A stretch of DNA of 63,939 bases, filler included, from Catajapyx aquilonaris (GCA_000934665.2; 4 parts of 4 records of this genome joined end to end with filler, not necessarily neighbours in it), one strand, 5' to 3'. Counted from the first letter of the whole stretch, positions 36,103 to 48,029 are shown. Numbers and translations are program-made. Notes: generated from the sequence alone by a model not told the origin.

Positions 36103-36516
36103 TGGCGACGTGACAAGGCGGCCTCTGGTGGGCGTCGTGGGGGAGGCGGCGGGAGAGGGAGTGGGGGTGGGCGCAGTCACCAGGGGCAGCAGGGTTCACG
36201 CTTCACTATCTACAAAGTGCACAAGGCTTCTCGCAAAAAGCGAGAAAAGTCATCAGCTAAGAAAGAGCGCAAAGCCACCAAGACCCTGGCCATTGTGCTG
36301 GGCGTGTTCCTGGCATGCTGGGTGCCCTTCTTCAGCTGCAACGTGCTGGATGCTGTCTGCACCAAGATGCAACGTGACTGCAGCCCTGGACTCATCGCCT
36401 TCCAGCTCACCACATGGCTCGGATACATGAACAGTTTCGTCAATCCCGTAATCTACACCATCTTCAACTCGGAGTTCCGCAAGGCCTTCAAGAAGATCAT
36501 GCGTATTGGATCTTGA
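36103..36516 (+). CDS. Dop2R: D2-like dopamine receptor, last exon (end of IL3, TM6, TM7, stop)
   Basis: ctttttccgcag|WRRDK...RFTIYKVHKASRKKREKSSAKKERKATKTLAIVLGVFLACWVPFF...WLGYMNSFVNPVIYTIFNSEFRKAFKKIM; CWxPFF and NPxxY motifs, short C-tail; AATAAA at 36623. Confidence 0.95.
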   Translation, partial: WRRDKAASGGRRGGGGGRGSGGGRSHQGQQGSRFTIYKVHKASRKKREKSSAKKERKATKTLAIVLGVFLACWVPFFSCNVLDAVCTKMQRDCSPGLIAFQLTTWLGYMNSFVNPVIYTIFNSEFRKAFKKIMRIGS

Positions 36517-36892
36517 TCGGATGATTGCAAGACATGGGCCTGCATCTACAGCAGCTCCTATAAGTGTGCCCCTGCAATAATCAATCAAAAAGAAGAGAGC
36601 GAGTGAGAATGCGAAAGAGAAAAATAAAATAAAAAACCAACCTGTATCATTCATGACATCAGTCTTGGAAATTGTATACTGATACCGCAACCTAATTGGG
36701 TGCGGTGATTTTGAGACTAGAGCGTGCAATTGTTTCAGCAGACTCGCACCAAAGTTGGCAAAACTTTGGTCCATCCTGACTAAGAGCAGCATGAGTGGAC
36801 GTGATTTGTAGACTTGTGATTCCTAAGGTCAACCTATTTTATAAGTGAGTTTATTTTCAAGACGAGGCTTTTATGTCCAATTAGAAATATGC

Positions 36893-37143
36893 CAGGATGT
36901 AAAGTCAGTTTCGAATCGTTTCGGCTAAAATCCGAAAGCCGGTGTTATCTATACAAAGACAACGCCCAATTTCCGTAAAAACCTGTTGGAAGTTTTAACT
37001 CTGCTATCGTGTTGTTGTATAATCCACCTTTAAATGGACCAAGACCCTGAGAGGTTCCTAAGGTAAAGGGAAATTGAGTTGTATGGCGTGTAATCCTAGA
37101 ATTTTTTTTACACGATTCGAAACTTCTTTACTTTACACCCAGG
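36893..37143. mobile_element. Decayed CAGGGTG-type MITE
   Basis: CAGGATGTAAAGT..GTTTCGAATCGT vs ACGATTCGAAAC..ACTTTACACCCAG. Confidence 0.5.
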
Positions 37144-37298
37144 TACATGCAAGAAAAAGGTTGTGAACCATGTAAATTTAATTTCAAATTAAATGTTACT
37201 GTCATCATCGTTAAAGTGATAGCCTCTCAAACGACTCACTAAACCTTTGCGCACATTTGGAGATCACCTTGCCTCGTTCTAGCTCTTTTAGGTTCGCA

Positions 37299-38506
37299 CA
37301 CGAGGGGTGGGAGATAAGTTCACAATCTGAACCAGACACACAAGAGATGACAATTAAATTTTTTCAGTTTTCTGCGGAAGTCACACAAATGTGAAAATCT
37401 TCGGTCCATCCTCGGGCAAGCTTGTCCAAACTGCGACTCTAGGAGGAAGTCTCTTCCCTCCATGCTCTCCACGGCTGACGTTAACTCTTTTCCAGTCCAA
37501 TGGAGCACACCCCGGAGGCATTTCTTCACATGCCTGAAGTCAGGCCTGGAACATAGAGAATGAAAAATGCTCCGCAATCATCGCAATCCCGGAATTGTGA
37601 GCCGGAACTTTGTATTGGAGCAGGACACCCTTTCTCAGTTTTCCAAGTTGTTGGACTCGATGACTTTCCGTAACTTGCGTGGTAAATTCGCATATGTTCC
37701 GCTGTAATAATCCAAATAATCCTAGCAGAACTTAATCTGTGACCCAGAAAATATTGTGACTCCATTATTTTCTACACCCTGAACGTCTTCGGGGACGGGG
37801 ATCCAGGATGATTCCACTGTTTCGATTCACGTTTGGTGTCACGGCCTACATGAAGAACGCATGTTTCAGCTTGAGTAACCAGGCGACGGTAACACTCTGG
37901 GTCGGCATTTGTGATTGTGACAACTTCGGAAGAGATGTTTTCTGCTCTGGATCCAACATTCTGGGTAACCCTACGCGATGACATTTTTTTCCAGGAGCAG
38001 ATGGTTATGTCGGACGGCCTGAAGCCATTAGCTGAGAAGCCCAACACCACATAAATGCGCCTGACTGCCAATCGGTGGTGTCCAATGACCGATTCCTCCA
38101 GTTTGTCCACATGTTTTGGCGTGGTGGAGCACGCAGGTATTTGGAAGAGGGTGTCATCTTCCAGGCTGTCTTCCACATTTGAATAGGGCAGTCCACTTTT
38201 TGACCATGGTGTAAGATGGCGCTTCTACAGGCAATTGCATGCATGTCCTCGAAGATGTCCTTGGTACGTACGTACCTACCATTAGGCATACATGATGACA
38301 ACGCGATGCGCGATTTTAACATTCCGGGCAAAATTCACCGCACCCCTTCATGTCTGATTAATAATATATTTATGAACCCAATGACTGCGACATGTATTTG
38401 AAATAGATGGACATGGGGGTTTCAAGGGGAGCGTGATTATCCGGCATTGTCAGATTTACACATTTTTACGGCTTTAAAAAGATCGCAAACTTATACACGT
38501 ATCATA
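37299..38506 (-). mobile_element. Near full-length degenerate mariner transposon (irritans-like)
   Basis: Frameshifted ORFs: TKDIFEDM; SLEDD..STTPKHVDKL..HRLAVRRI..LGFS; RLVTQAETCVLHVGRDTKRESKQWNHPGSPSPKTFRV; KKCLRG. ~1.2 kb with decayed TIRs (CGAGGGGTG..ATAAGTT / AACTTAT). Confidence 0.85.
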
Positions 38507-38942
38507 CAAACTTGCATAATTATTTCGCATGACCTGAAGAATTGACAAAATATCGTCCCCCATATGGCAAACAGACGAATTCAACATTTTCATAACTTTT
38601 CAGGAGAGCCAAAAGAAACCTTCAAACTGCTCTAGAAAAAAGAGAATGCTATACGTGAAATCTTGAAAATATGGAAATTGTGCACAAAATGTACTTCCCG
38701 TGCTCATGTGGAATTAATTAAGCATGTACTATGCATATAACAATGACATTATTGTTGCGAATTTGCCCTTTTGGCAGCTTTTGCTTGGACTAAGTGATTG
38801 TTGTAAAAAGGGACGTATGCGGTATATGAACTAGCGATAGGGCCAAAATCACGTCGCGCTTAAAAATCACTAATATTTATAAATCATAGTTCACTTGTAG
38901 CGTGATTCTCAAATCACGTACGCTATTCGTGATTTTATTTAA

Positions 38943-39776
38943 GGGGGCACTACAGTCAAAATCAAGGGTTTTGTAAAAAAATCGCCAAAAAAACAAACAT
39001 TAGAGACAAGAAGTTGGGACTTCATTTTCATGAATATACATAAGTCAAAGACCTATTTTAGCACCTATAATCGAATCAAGTTCGTATGTAGAAGGGCCTC
39101 CAGGGCCGCGTGACGTCACGCCACTGTCGACACGATTTAGGACGCTGGGGTCAACCTACAACCGTCAGATTGGACCTCAGGCTTCCTTGAGCATGTAGTT
39201 TTCATTTGACCTAGAATTATGATTTTTGAAATAGTTTTAGTATTTTTTTGACGATTCCAGAAAGATAACTACCGTTTTGAAAAACATTTAATTAAAGTAA
39301 AAATAGAAGTAGTTCGAGCAGGCTAATTCTTTTATACAGAATGATAGCGCCATGTTTGAGGATAAATCTGGTGAAATGGGAAGTCCGTAGCTAAATTTTT
39401 GTGGCCTGGGCGATGTCGAGAGTATCCAAATCCGGCAAACTGAGAAAAACGCGTTTAAAGTTAAACGTAGGGTAACGTAACAGAGCGATAACCCGATTCA
39501 AAAAATACGTTAGTGTGACACAGACGCGCTGTTGCCAGGAGGACCGGCGTAGTGCCCACCTGATGGAGCTCATGCCAGCGGATAGGTGGGGAGAGGAGGA
39601 GGAACCGAAGGTCGTTGCCAGGCAAGGTTGCCAGGCGTCCGCTCCCGACGCGCCAATTTTTCGAATTTCGGGACGCGGTTTGCCGCGTTCGACGCAGGAA
39701 AAGACGCTTGATTTTATTTTATTTTTCAAAAAAAAAAAAACACGCATTTTTGAAGGGCGCTGACAGTAGTGCCCCC
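38943..39776. mobile_element. Non-autonomous Kolobok-like DNA transposon (834 bp)
   Basis: TTAA|GGGGGCACTACAGTCA ... TGACAGTAGTGCCCCC|TTAA; TTAA TSD with RR..YY ends, 15/16 TIR match. Confidence 0.8.
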
Positions 39777-39976
39777 TTAATTCCGTCACGAAGCATGCAA
39801 AATTAACTCAGTTCTTCACGAATTGATTTATATTGACAATGCTCTTGAGTATCGTTTGGTAACCATAATACCTTACTAAGGGTAGGTCTAGAAACAGGAA
39901 GACATGTTTTTGTTTGTTATATTATTTATGATATAGCCTATTATTAGTTTCATCGATATGATTCTGTGTTGTTATA

Positions 39977-40215
39977 CAGGGTGATTCTCTCGAATGGAAA
40001 CCCAAACATTCCTCAATAACTTTTTAACTATGGTATGGTTCCTGATGAAAATTGACATGTAGGCTACTTACCTTGTATCATGCCAAACAAGGTCTGACTA
40101 AAGAATATCCAAAGGTGGTCCCCTCCAGCATCCAAGAATTTTTTAATCCGAGTCTGCATATTGCCGAAGACTCCTGTAGATTGCCGGCGGGAATGGCTCA
40201 ACTCACGCCCGCCCG
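39977..40215 (-). mobile_element. Tc1/mariner 3'-end remnant (second copy 40741-40900)
   Basis: ta|CAGGGTG end; minus strand MQTRIKKFLDAGGDH resembles the transposase C-terminal RxxxCxxxxGGHF motif; duplicated ~680 bp downstream. Confidence 0.55.
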
Positions 40216-40299
40216 CCTGCTTGGTGAGAGGGTTCGTCTCTGCTCTGCATGTTGATCATGTCTTACTGACGTGCTTATGTAGGCATATACAATGTACAT

Positions 40300-40583
40300 A
40301 CCGAAGCAGGTTGGCATAGTGGATAAGGCGTTCGACTGCTAATCGGGAGGTCCTGGGTTCGAATCCCGGGGCCGGCAACTCTGACCGTGGTTTTCTGTGG
40401 TTTCCCACGGTCCTTCCAGGGAAATTCCGGAGTTGCTTCCGTAATTAATAGGCCACAGCCGCTTCCTTCCGTCCCTATCCTATCCCAAAGAGCACAGTAA
40501 AATGAAAGCAAAGAGTTCCAGGCAAAACAAACTTCCCCCCTAAAGAGCCGATGGCTGATAACGGGGTATAAATTATAATTATT
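40300..40583 (+). mobile_element. tRNA-derived SINE, family A
   Basis: A box TGGCATAGTGG, B box GGTTCGAATCC, 15-bp TSD ATATACAATGTACAT (40285-40299 / 40584-40598). Confidence 0.9.
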
Positions 40584-40595
40584 ATATACAATGTA

Positions 40596-40687
40596 CATGG
40601 TGTTCCAAGTTAGTGGGTCATTTATTGATAACTGCTATCCGGTGATATCAGTTATCAAGATGTGACCCACGAACTTGGAACATCCTG
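40596..40687. mobile_element. Short hairpin MITE related to 1705-1804
   Basis: CATGGTGTTCCAAGTTAGTGGGTCA ... TGACCCACGAACTTGGAACATCCTG|ta. Confidence 0.7.
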
Positions 40688-40905
40688 TATATTGACCATG
40701 CCTATATACTAAACAATCAAATTACTTGATTTAAAGCTTGTACTTACCTTGTACCATGCCAAACAAGGTCCGACTAAAGAATACACCAAAAGTGGTCCCC
40801 TCCAGCATCCAGGAATTTTTTAATGCGAGTCTGCATCTTTACCGAAGACTCCTGCCTACTGGCGGCGGGCATTGCCTCCATCTCCCGCCAGCCAAGCGCC
40901 CCCGT

Positions 40906-41061
40906 AGGGGGGTTCACATGGACGGTAGCATACGAAACGAACGAAACGAAATAGTGGACCAATCAGAGCCCACTTGAGGATGACTAAAAGTGACTTTCAC
41001 TTTTGGGCTCTGATTGGTCCACTATTTCGTTTCGTTCGTTTCGTATGCTACCGTCAGTTAG
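40906..41061. mobile_element. Harbinger-like MITE end folded back into a perfect hairpin
   Basis: GACGGTAGCATACGAAACGAACGAAACGAAATAGTGGACCAATCAGAGCCCA has an exact inverted copy; matches the 31660 element. Confidence 0.75.
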
Positions 41062-41067
41062 TTGGAA

Positions 41068-41360
41068 GCCTGGAACTCTTTGCTTTCATTTTACTGTGCT
41101 CTTTGGGATAGGATAGGGACGGAAGGAAGCGGCTGTGGCCTATTAATTACGGAAGCAACTCCGGAATTTCCCTGGAAGGACCGTGAAAAACCACAGAAAA
41201 CCACGGTCAGAGTTGCTGGCCCCGGGATTCGAACCCAGGACCTCCCGATTAGCAGTCGGACGCCTTATCCACTATGCCAACCTGCTTCGGTATGTACATT
41301 GTATAGGCCTACATAAGCACGTCAGTAAGACATGATCAACATGCAGAGCAGAGACGAACC
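41068..41360 (-). repeat. Inverted duplicate of 40231-40523 (SINE A 5' part plus its flank)
   Basis: ~290 bp with only a handful of differences, including 70 bp of non-SINE flank. Confidence 0.9.
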
Positions 41361-42169
41361 ACAAAGCAGGGCATCTGTGGGAAAATCTGTTCACGTGCAA
41401 ACGTCAACATACTATACAGTATAAGAGTGATGCTTTGAATATAGAAGTTCCGATTCTACCTCTGCACTGTACAACTGACAGGTGTAAAAACGCGGCATTA
41501 TCATTTTAATAAGCCACCACTTGAAACCGTGCAGGCGTTATTTCCCAGTTCTAACAGTCATATTCAAATATGCATAGGTCCATATCACCCAAAGTATTTT
41601 GACTCTCTATAATTTATGGCCTCTGAAAGTGTAAAAGACTGTTCCTTTTTTGGCATGGAAGTGGGTGGGTAGATCCGTATAGAGAGACGTCATATTGCTC
41701 TTGTTCTGTGTGTCCATGACCTCAAGAACGTCGAATAAAAGGCAAGCAGAAGACCTCTCCGATAGCTAATCCTCGACGACTCTGAATGAGTCTAATCACC
41801 AGCAGCAGCTCCCGAATTGTTTGAATTTCAGTTGAACATCATCTGACATGTCGGGCTCAGGCAAGTCATTTTGAACAGATAATAATTATAATCCAATGCA
41901 GTAGGCCTATAAGAAGGCAAAGAAAAAATAATGATCATTGATCTATAGAATATTATATGCAATATTTCAGAGGTTTATAAGCTCCTGGTACCTCCCAATA
42001 AATAATGTGTAATAAATGTTCAAATATTCAGCATTAAAAACAACTGTATTAGGACTGTACGTGGTAATATTTTGGAAATTTTGGAACTTTTTTTTCATTA
42101 CCCCACGGGGGGAGCTACCTACTCCTTAGGGGGGGGGGTGGATTACCACAATTGGAATTTATTTGGAGC

Positions 42170-42424
42170 GAGTTAAGAAGATCTTATTATATACTCCAAG
42201 GGTGGGTAGGAGGGGATGTGCAAAGTGCATGTGCGCTGTCGTTTAGTGGTCATTTGTGAACTCCCCCGGGTGGATTAGTCTTTAGGAAATTTCCACCCGA
42301 AATGAAGCCAGAGATGGCCCAACTCTGCACGGATAAAGGTGGGAACCCCGGGTGGGGATTGAACCCGGGACCTTCATATCCGTGGACGCACGCGTTACCG
42401 CGACGCCACTTCATCTCCCCTAAA
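42170..42424 (-). mobile_element. tRNA-derived SINE, family B
   Basis: Matches 2590-2821; possible TSD ATTTGGAGC; a separate SINE/LINE 3'-tail fragment lies at 42088-42150. Confidence 0.75.
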
Positions 42425-42580
42425 ATTTGGAGCCTATCTCATTTACTTACATTATACATGTAATTTTGTCTCGTTTTACGCCGATTCACTTTACGCCGTT
42501 ATGTTGCTGGAACCAATTAACGGCGTAAAACGAGTACTTCCTGTATCTTACTGTATCAAGAGCTTGCTCGTATTCTTTAA

Positions 42581-42869
42581 CCCTTGAACCGTGACGTGGG
42601 GTCTTTTAGGACCCCAAAGTAATTAAAATGCATTAAAACGATATTTACGTACAATGAACTTTTGCCATTTTAAAAGTATATAACAGGAAGTGAATGTTTA
42701 TTTTGAATTAGCGATCATTTTAGGAATATGTTGTTCAAAGAATGATTGCGTATAGTCAATACATTGAAAATTATTATATAAAAATTAATAAAATTTTTAA
42801 TATGGATTGGGTCCTAAAAGACCCCACGTCACAGTTGCCGTAATTTTCAGGCACGTCACGGTTCCAGGG
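42581..42869. mobile_element. piggyBac-type MITE (289 bp)
   Basis: TTAA|CCCTTGAACCGTGACGTG ... CACGTCACGGTTCCAGGG|TTAA plus an asymmetric subterminal inverted repeat GTGACGTGGGGTCTTTTAGGACCC. Confidence 0.9.
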
Positions 42870-43038
42870 TTAAAGCAGTGCCGAGGAAGGGGGGCGTTGT
42901 AACTTTTCCAGTTTTCGAATAAAACAGACGAGAGGTTTCAATTGCTTTTTGCAGATGTTCCTATTATTTTGTCCAACCCCTGTATACTCGTAGCTATTAA
43001 ATCAAATCATGATGCGACAGAAAAATAATAGTATTTTA

Positions 43039-43377
43039 TTTTTATTTATTTTTATTTATTTATTTATTTTACCCCGTGATATAACTATAAGTCGTTATAT
43101 GGGGATGGCAGACCACCATCAGTTTTCAAACGTGTTTTTCTTCAATCGCCATGCAAGTACTTCAGGATGTAGGGTATGGATATGGATTGTTGGGGAGGGG
43201 ACACTTGTGCAGGGCCATGTGCATTCCCCCAGGAGGTTATGTTGCCAGACACCTCCAAGGTGCAGGTCAGAGACCCTCCCGACGCAGGTGAAAGGGAACT
43301 CCCAGGCGGGGATAGAACCCGGGACCTTTCACTCAGCAAGCCGAGACGTTACCATCTCGACCACCACATATCTCCAA
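43039..43377 (-). mobile_element. tRNA-derived SINE, family C
   Basis: Reverse complement of 29779-30140; (TAAA)n tail; TSD core AATAGTATTTTA on both sides. Confidence 0.85.
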
Positions 43378-45563
43378 CAGAAAATAGTATTTTACATAGA
43401 TCCATGTAATTTTCCCGTGTAGATTCTATCGCAGCCCAGAGTATCAGTTTCTGGCTGTAGAGGGAATCTAGATGACATTATTTTTGTTCAAAGAGGGTTT
43501 TGTTGGCAGTTATGTGTTCTGAGGCCTATTACGCAGAGGTGTTGGGGAACGAGATATTTCATGACTTCATGAGTAACAAAACATTGATCCTGAATGGCTT
43601 TTGTGTTTCTTAGCTTGCCGGAGTGGAACAATTACTTCTGAGGGGAACAAAGTGAAATCATTTCTGGGGTTTGGCTTTTCTGTTCCTATAATAGGGTTGC
43701 ACGTAAAAGGTCAAGGATCCAGGGTTGGCCTCCTCTGCGAGAGAAATCAAAGAGAATACCGAATAATACTGTTCCATCGAAAATCACTTGTTTCCAGCAC
43801 AATGCGGAACAAATCAGAAAACTGTTAATGAAAATCCGTATGCGACTTAATGTAGACTTAACAAGGGGATCAGTGCATTATGTTACACCAGTCCTCAAGT
43901 TGTTTTCATGGTTTATGAATAATTAACTAACAGTAGCAAATGTAACTACTTATGATGCTATACAGTGCTTGATGAGGGCTAGTATTATGGGGGCTGGGAA
44001 GGAGGAAGGCTAATTAATGGATTCCTAGGCACGTTTTCAAGATTTAAGATAAGCAGCGACATAAGAACACTTATTGATTCGTAATGTTGCCATAGTTCAT
44101 GGAAGGAATAATTCTGTAGAAGTCGAACTTGTTGGTGCACCCTGTGAATCTTCCACTGATTTGGCCATCTTGAGGAAGTCCTCGTATTTGACAGGTTCTG
44201 GTGTAAACCGAACTCACTATAAACTATATGAAACGCCAGAATTACATATGAAGCCCCGATTTTCAGAACTATAGGAGCCCAAATTAATTTTAGGCCATGT
44301 TTAATATTGTCCGTCAGACTCCACCTGACCAGTAATCAACCAACGTCAGTATATGATGACAGGTACAATTTTAATAGTATGGGGCATTACAACTTACAAC
44401 AGAGTGTATGTTATACGGCTTGGAAAGTTAATCGATGAACCCTCCTTATTACAGCACCTGCAATATAATGTGCAGTAATGGATTTTTATTATATGCGTAT
44501 GGTCATGCGATCGATGCAGTGCACAAAAACAGTGCATAAAATATTCGTAATTAAGCCTGATACAGTGGCCGACATAAATAGATGTTTGTGTATGCAGAAT
44601 ACACTACTCGCCGGAGATAAACAGGTCAAATCCCCTATCAACCTGGTGCCTCATTCGAATGGAAAAATAAAATAGATTCAGCCCCATTGAGGTCCCCACA
44701 CTCACCTTCACAAGCTTAGGCTAGTCATGTGACTAGTTTTATTTGCATGCTATCTCCTTTGCACAGTATAAGTGCAAGTCAGTCTGGCCCGATCGCGCCT
44801 ATTTGGAGCCTAATTCGGGTGAGGTCCACGGTGTCTTTGAACAGGTCAACTCTCGATGCACGTGTACGTCATGGTTCATCGGACTGCAGCCTTACCATAC
44901 GTCAATGGTGAGTGAACTAATGATTTATTGGCCATTGGCAAATAGTGTTCCGTCCTTGACCTCGTGGTTCTATTTACCACACAAACCGGCTTTTGTTGCC
45001 ATATCTGTGGTGGATTCTGCTTATGCATCTAAGTCGAATGGCCCCAGTTTGACATATCCGTCATCATAGCCCTTGTTATCCGTCGCTGGAGGAAGGTGTA
45101 GATGGAAAACCAATAAAGTAAAAAAGAAGGCCCCATCTCGATCCTTTATTGTTTTTCAATCTATACCTGACTCTAGATGTATTAAAATTAAATTGAAATA
45201 AAAATATACGTAATAAACGGACTTCGAACTTTCATGAACGTACTGCTATCACGAGAAGAAAGATGGAGATGGAGAATGCAGGTTTAGTTTTCTATTGGAC
45301 ACGGTATAACAACTGTGGCTTTCAGGTGCGAGTATAGTGCTAGCTACTTTTGTTACCCTACACGTTGTATCTCGCGGCATTTCAGGGAATTCTGGACTAT
45401 TTCCGTTATATGTCGTCTCTGTCTTTTTGCTCGCGATGGTAGGCTACTCGGAGGAAATCTATATCTAATGCAAATAAGCAATCGGATATTTTCCCTAATT
45501 TACTTTCATATACGCTACAATGTAACCGGCCCTTAGAGGGTAGTGGTGAGGGGCTTCAAGGAT

Positions 45564-45671
45564 GTACTATATCGCTCAAAAACATAGAGACGTTTTTTGC
45601 ATTTGGCTCAAGTGCAGCCTGCACTTGAATCAAATGCAAAATCGTCTCTATGTTTTTGAGCGATATAGTAC
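45564..45671. mobile_element. ~108-bp hairpin MITE
   Basis: GTACTATATCGCTCAAAAACATAGAGACG ... CGTCTCTATGTTTTTGAGCGATATAGTAC. Confidence 0.8.
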
Positions 45672-46315
45672 GTTGTGAGGTCTGACTTCTTTAGGTCATC
45701 ACTCCTGTGTCCTGACCCCCGCAGTCACCTCAGAGTCGTGCTCCAAATCTCCAATGATACACAGACTGGCAGCAACTCATTTTTAGACCAGCCTCGCACG
45801 AGGCCGTCTCACGATTGCTTAGCTACAAACCAGCCCATGGACACTTCTATCCCAGCGCAATAGAAAAGGCCGATCCGTTATTCCTTCCCGCAGCGGCGCT
45901 AGTAAAACAATGGAATCTCGCTGTGCGTGTCGTTCATTCGCCATAACAACTATAGCGACGATAGCGACCCTCCTCCCGATTACTAGGTTTATCAGCGACC
46001 CCCCTCCCGATTACTACCGATCACGGTCTTAGCTACCGATAGCGTATACCAAGATGGCCGCAATATGGAGATGTTCACGATCCAGGTCACATCATGGCCA
46101 CCTCCAGTCAGCGCCACGGCGGGAATGAGTAACGGAACGCAAAATGGCGGCGAGTTTCCTGACCTCTCCTTCTAAGACCGTGCTACAAACTCAAGCCTCC
46201 CCCCAGGTCCACCACTACACACCCCCGCCATCTAGTGAAGGGCACGACCACTCCTATAATATAAAGCACAAACCGATACAAACGTAGTAAAAATCATCAG
46301 CATAAGACATGTCTG

Positions 46316-46874
46316 ACAACCAAACTGACTCTTATTTTGACTCCCACGAATTTTGAAATTTTGTGCATTTTAAAATATTCGCCTTGTCCTATAGTGTTGT
46401 GCACACATCACCCCAGCTGCTAATGCCCACGTTAGCAGGGTCAAAATACAAGCCAAAAGGCGATATTCCGAAGCCGCAACACTAGCAGCCGGTCGCGGGT
46501 CGCAGGTCCCCGACCCTCGGTTCCCCGCGTCCCTGGTCGCCGTGACTGATATGTGTAATAATTTGTAATGGTTTGATTCGACTTGATTCATAAATTGCTA
46601 CATAAAGTTGATTTTAAAGCGTGTGAAGTTCTCGTTCGCGCCACCCATGTCGCCACCCCAAAGAGCCCTACAATCGCGGCGACCGGCGACCAGGGACACA
46701 GGACCGACACCTGCAGCCGGTGTTGTAGGAATATCCTTTTGGCTTGTATCTTCACCCCGCTAACGTGAGCATTAGAAGATGAGGTGATGTTTGCACAACA
46801 CTATAGCCCAAGGAGAATAATTATAAAAGGCAAAAAAAAAAAATCAGGGGAGTAAAATGAGTCAGTTTGGTTGT
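46316..46874. mobile_element. Foldback element with ~200-bp imperfect arms
   Basis: ACAACCAAACTGACTC / GAGTCAGTTTGGTTGT; CTATAGTGTTGTGCA / TGCACAACACTATAG; GTCCCTGGTCGCCG / CGGCGACCAGGGAC; no clear TSD. Confidence 0.75.
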
Positions 46875-47972
46875 GGGTGCATACAAAACCAGTACAAAAA
46901 AATTCGTGGAAATTTCGCGGAATTGTATGTCTGTGCCCAAGAATGCCTAATAAAGTAACGTTCGGCTTATGTAGCAGTCATTTTGTCACTGCCAACAACT
47001 GTTGATCTGTTACACACTATGATGGCGTATGCCTCAACATACAAAGTAACAAACCAACGAGTTTTGGTGTGCTTTTTATTTAGAGAATTTTTGTGGCGTG
47101 TAGATGTAGAGCTGTAAAAACTTTGCTTAAAGTGCAACCAATGCATGAAATTATTGAGTCAGGGTGTGAACCCACCATCTACAGCAAAAAAAGACATTTC
47201 AGACAGAGAACCCTATATTGCAAACTGAAAACATGGGTGGGAAATATTGACGACGGAAACATCAGTATTGTGTAATTTTTTTCTCTTCCCAAGGCATAAC
47301 CAGCAATGCGATTTGCTACAATTCAGCTGATTTGGCTCAAGGCATTCTGATTGAAAAATGCAACAGTGGTACGGTGGAACCCCCTCTGGTCACAAGGCCT
47401 AAACCAGCCTATACTGGATGTAATTCTCTCTCTCTTTCTCTCCCCCACCGCCTCAATATTATTTACGTACTAGTCTCCAAAGGGGTCATTATGATTTGCT
47501 TTGTCATGGACCATGATCATTTTCTGAACATAGCTCATTTGAGATCAAAGTCAGCCAAGTCCAGCGATGCGGATCTATAACTCAAACACGTGCAGCAGTT
47601 GTGCATTTTAATGCCATTGGGTATTGATTGCACATATGCATATCTATGTACAAGTACTGTACCTGTAGTTGAACTGCGGAAACATGATCATGAAGACCCT
47701 ACGTAAAAAGGTTCAAGATTGTACTGGTGAAAGAGGTACGCAATTATCGGTTATTTTTTTCTTATTTGCTGCACATTCACCTCTTGTGGAATTTGATGCC
47801 TTTGATCTGGGACGACTCATTTCTAATAAATCAGCTCTTTTTTTAAAAAAAGGGTGACTATGTTTTCCTTATTGCCGCGCGGTAGGAGAAGTGGGAGTTG
47901 TAAAATTGGGAAACATTTCAGTTTTATGTTAAAACAAATCACTCCAACGATTTCCGGATTAAAGAGGTTAAA

Positions 47973-48029
47973 CATCGCAGCCGAGAACCTGAATGAACTA
48001 TTAGTTCATTCAGGTTCTCGGCTGCGATG
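47973..48029. repeat. Perfect palindrome, 28-bp arms, 1-nt centre
   Basis: CATCGCAGCCGAGAACCTGAATGAACTA-T-TAGTTCATTCAGGTTCTCGGCTGCGATG. Confidence 0.95.

Noticed and set aside
5848..36516. F-box gene nested in a 5' intron of the dopamine receptor gene
   Set aside because: The genes are on different contigs separated by synthetic linkers, so adjacency is not evidence.
36253..36792. 179-aa antisense ORF over the receptor's last exon
   Set aside because: Shadow frame of a GC3-rich coding exon with no independent support.
46022..46182. MITE with CACGGTCTTAG / CTAAGACCGTG ends
   Set aside because: Only an 11-bp inverted match with no convincing TSD or second copy; left uncalled.
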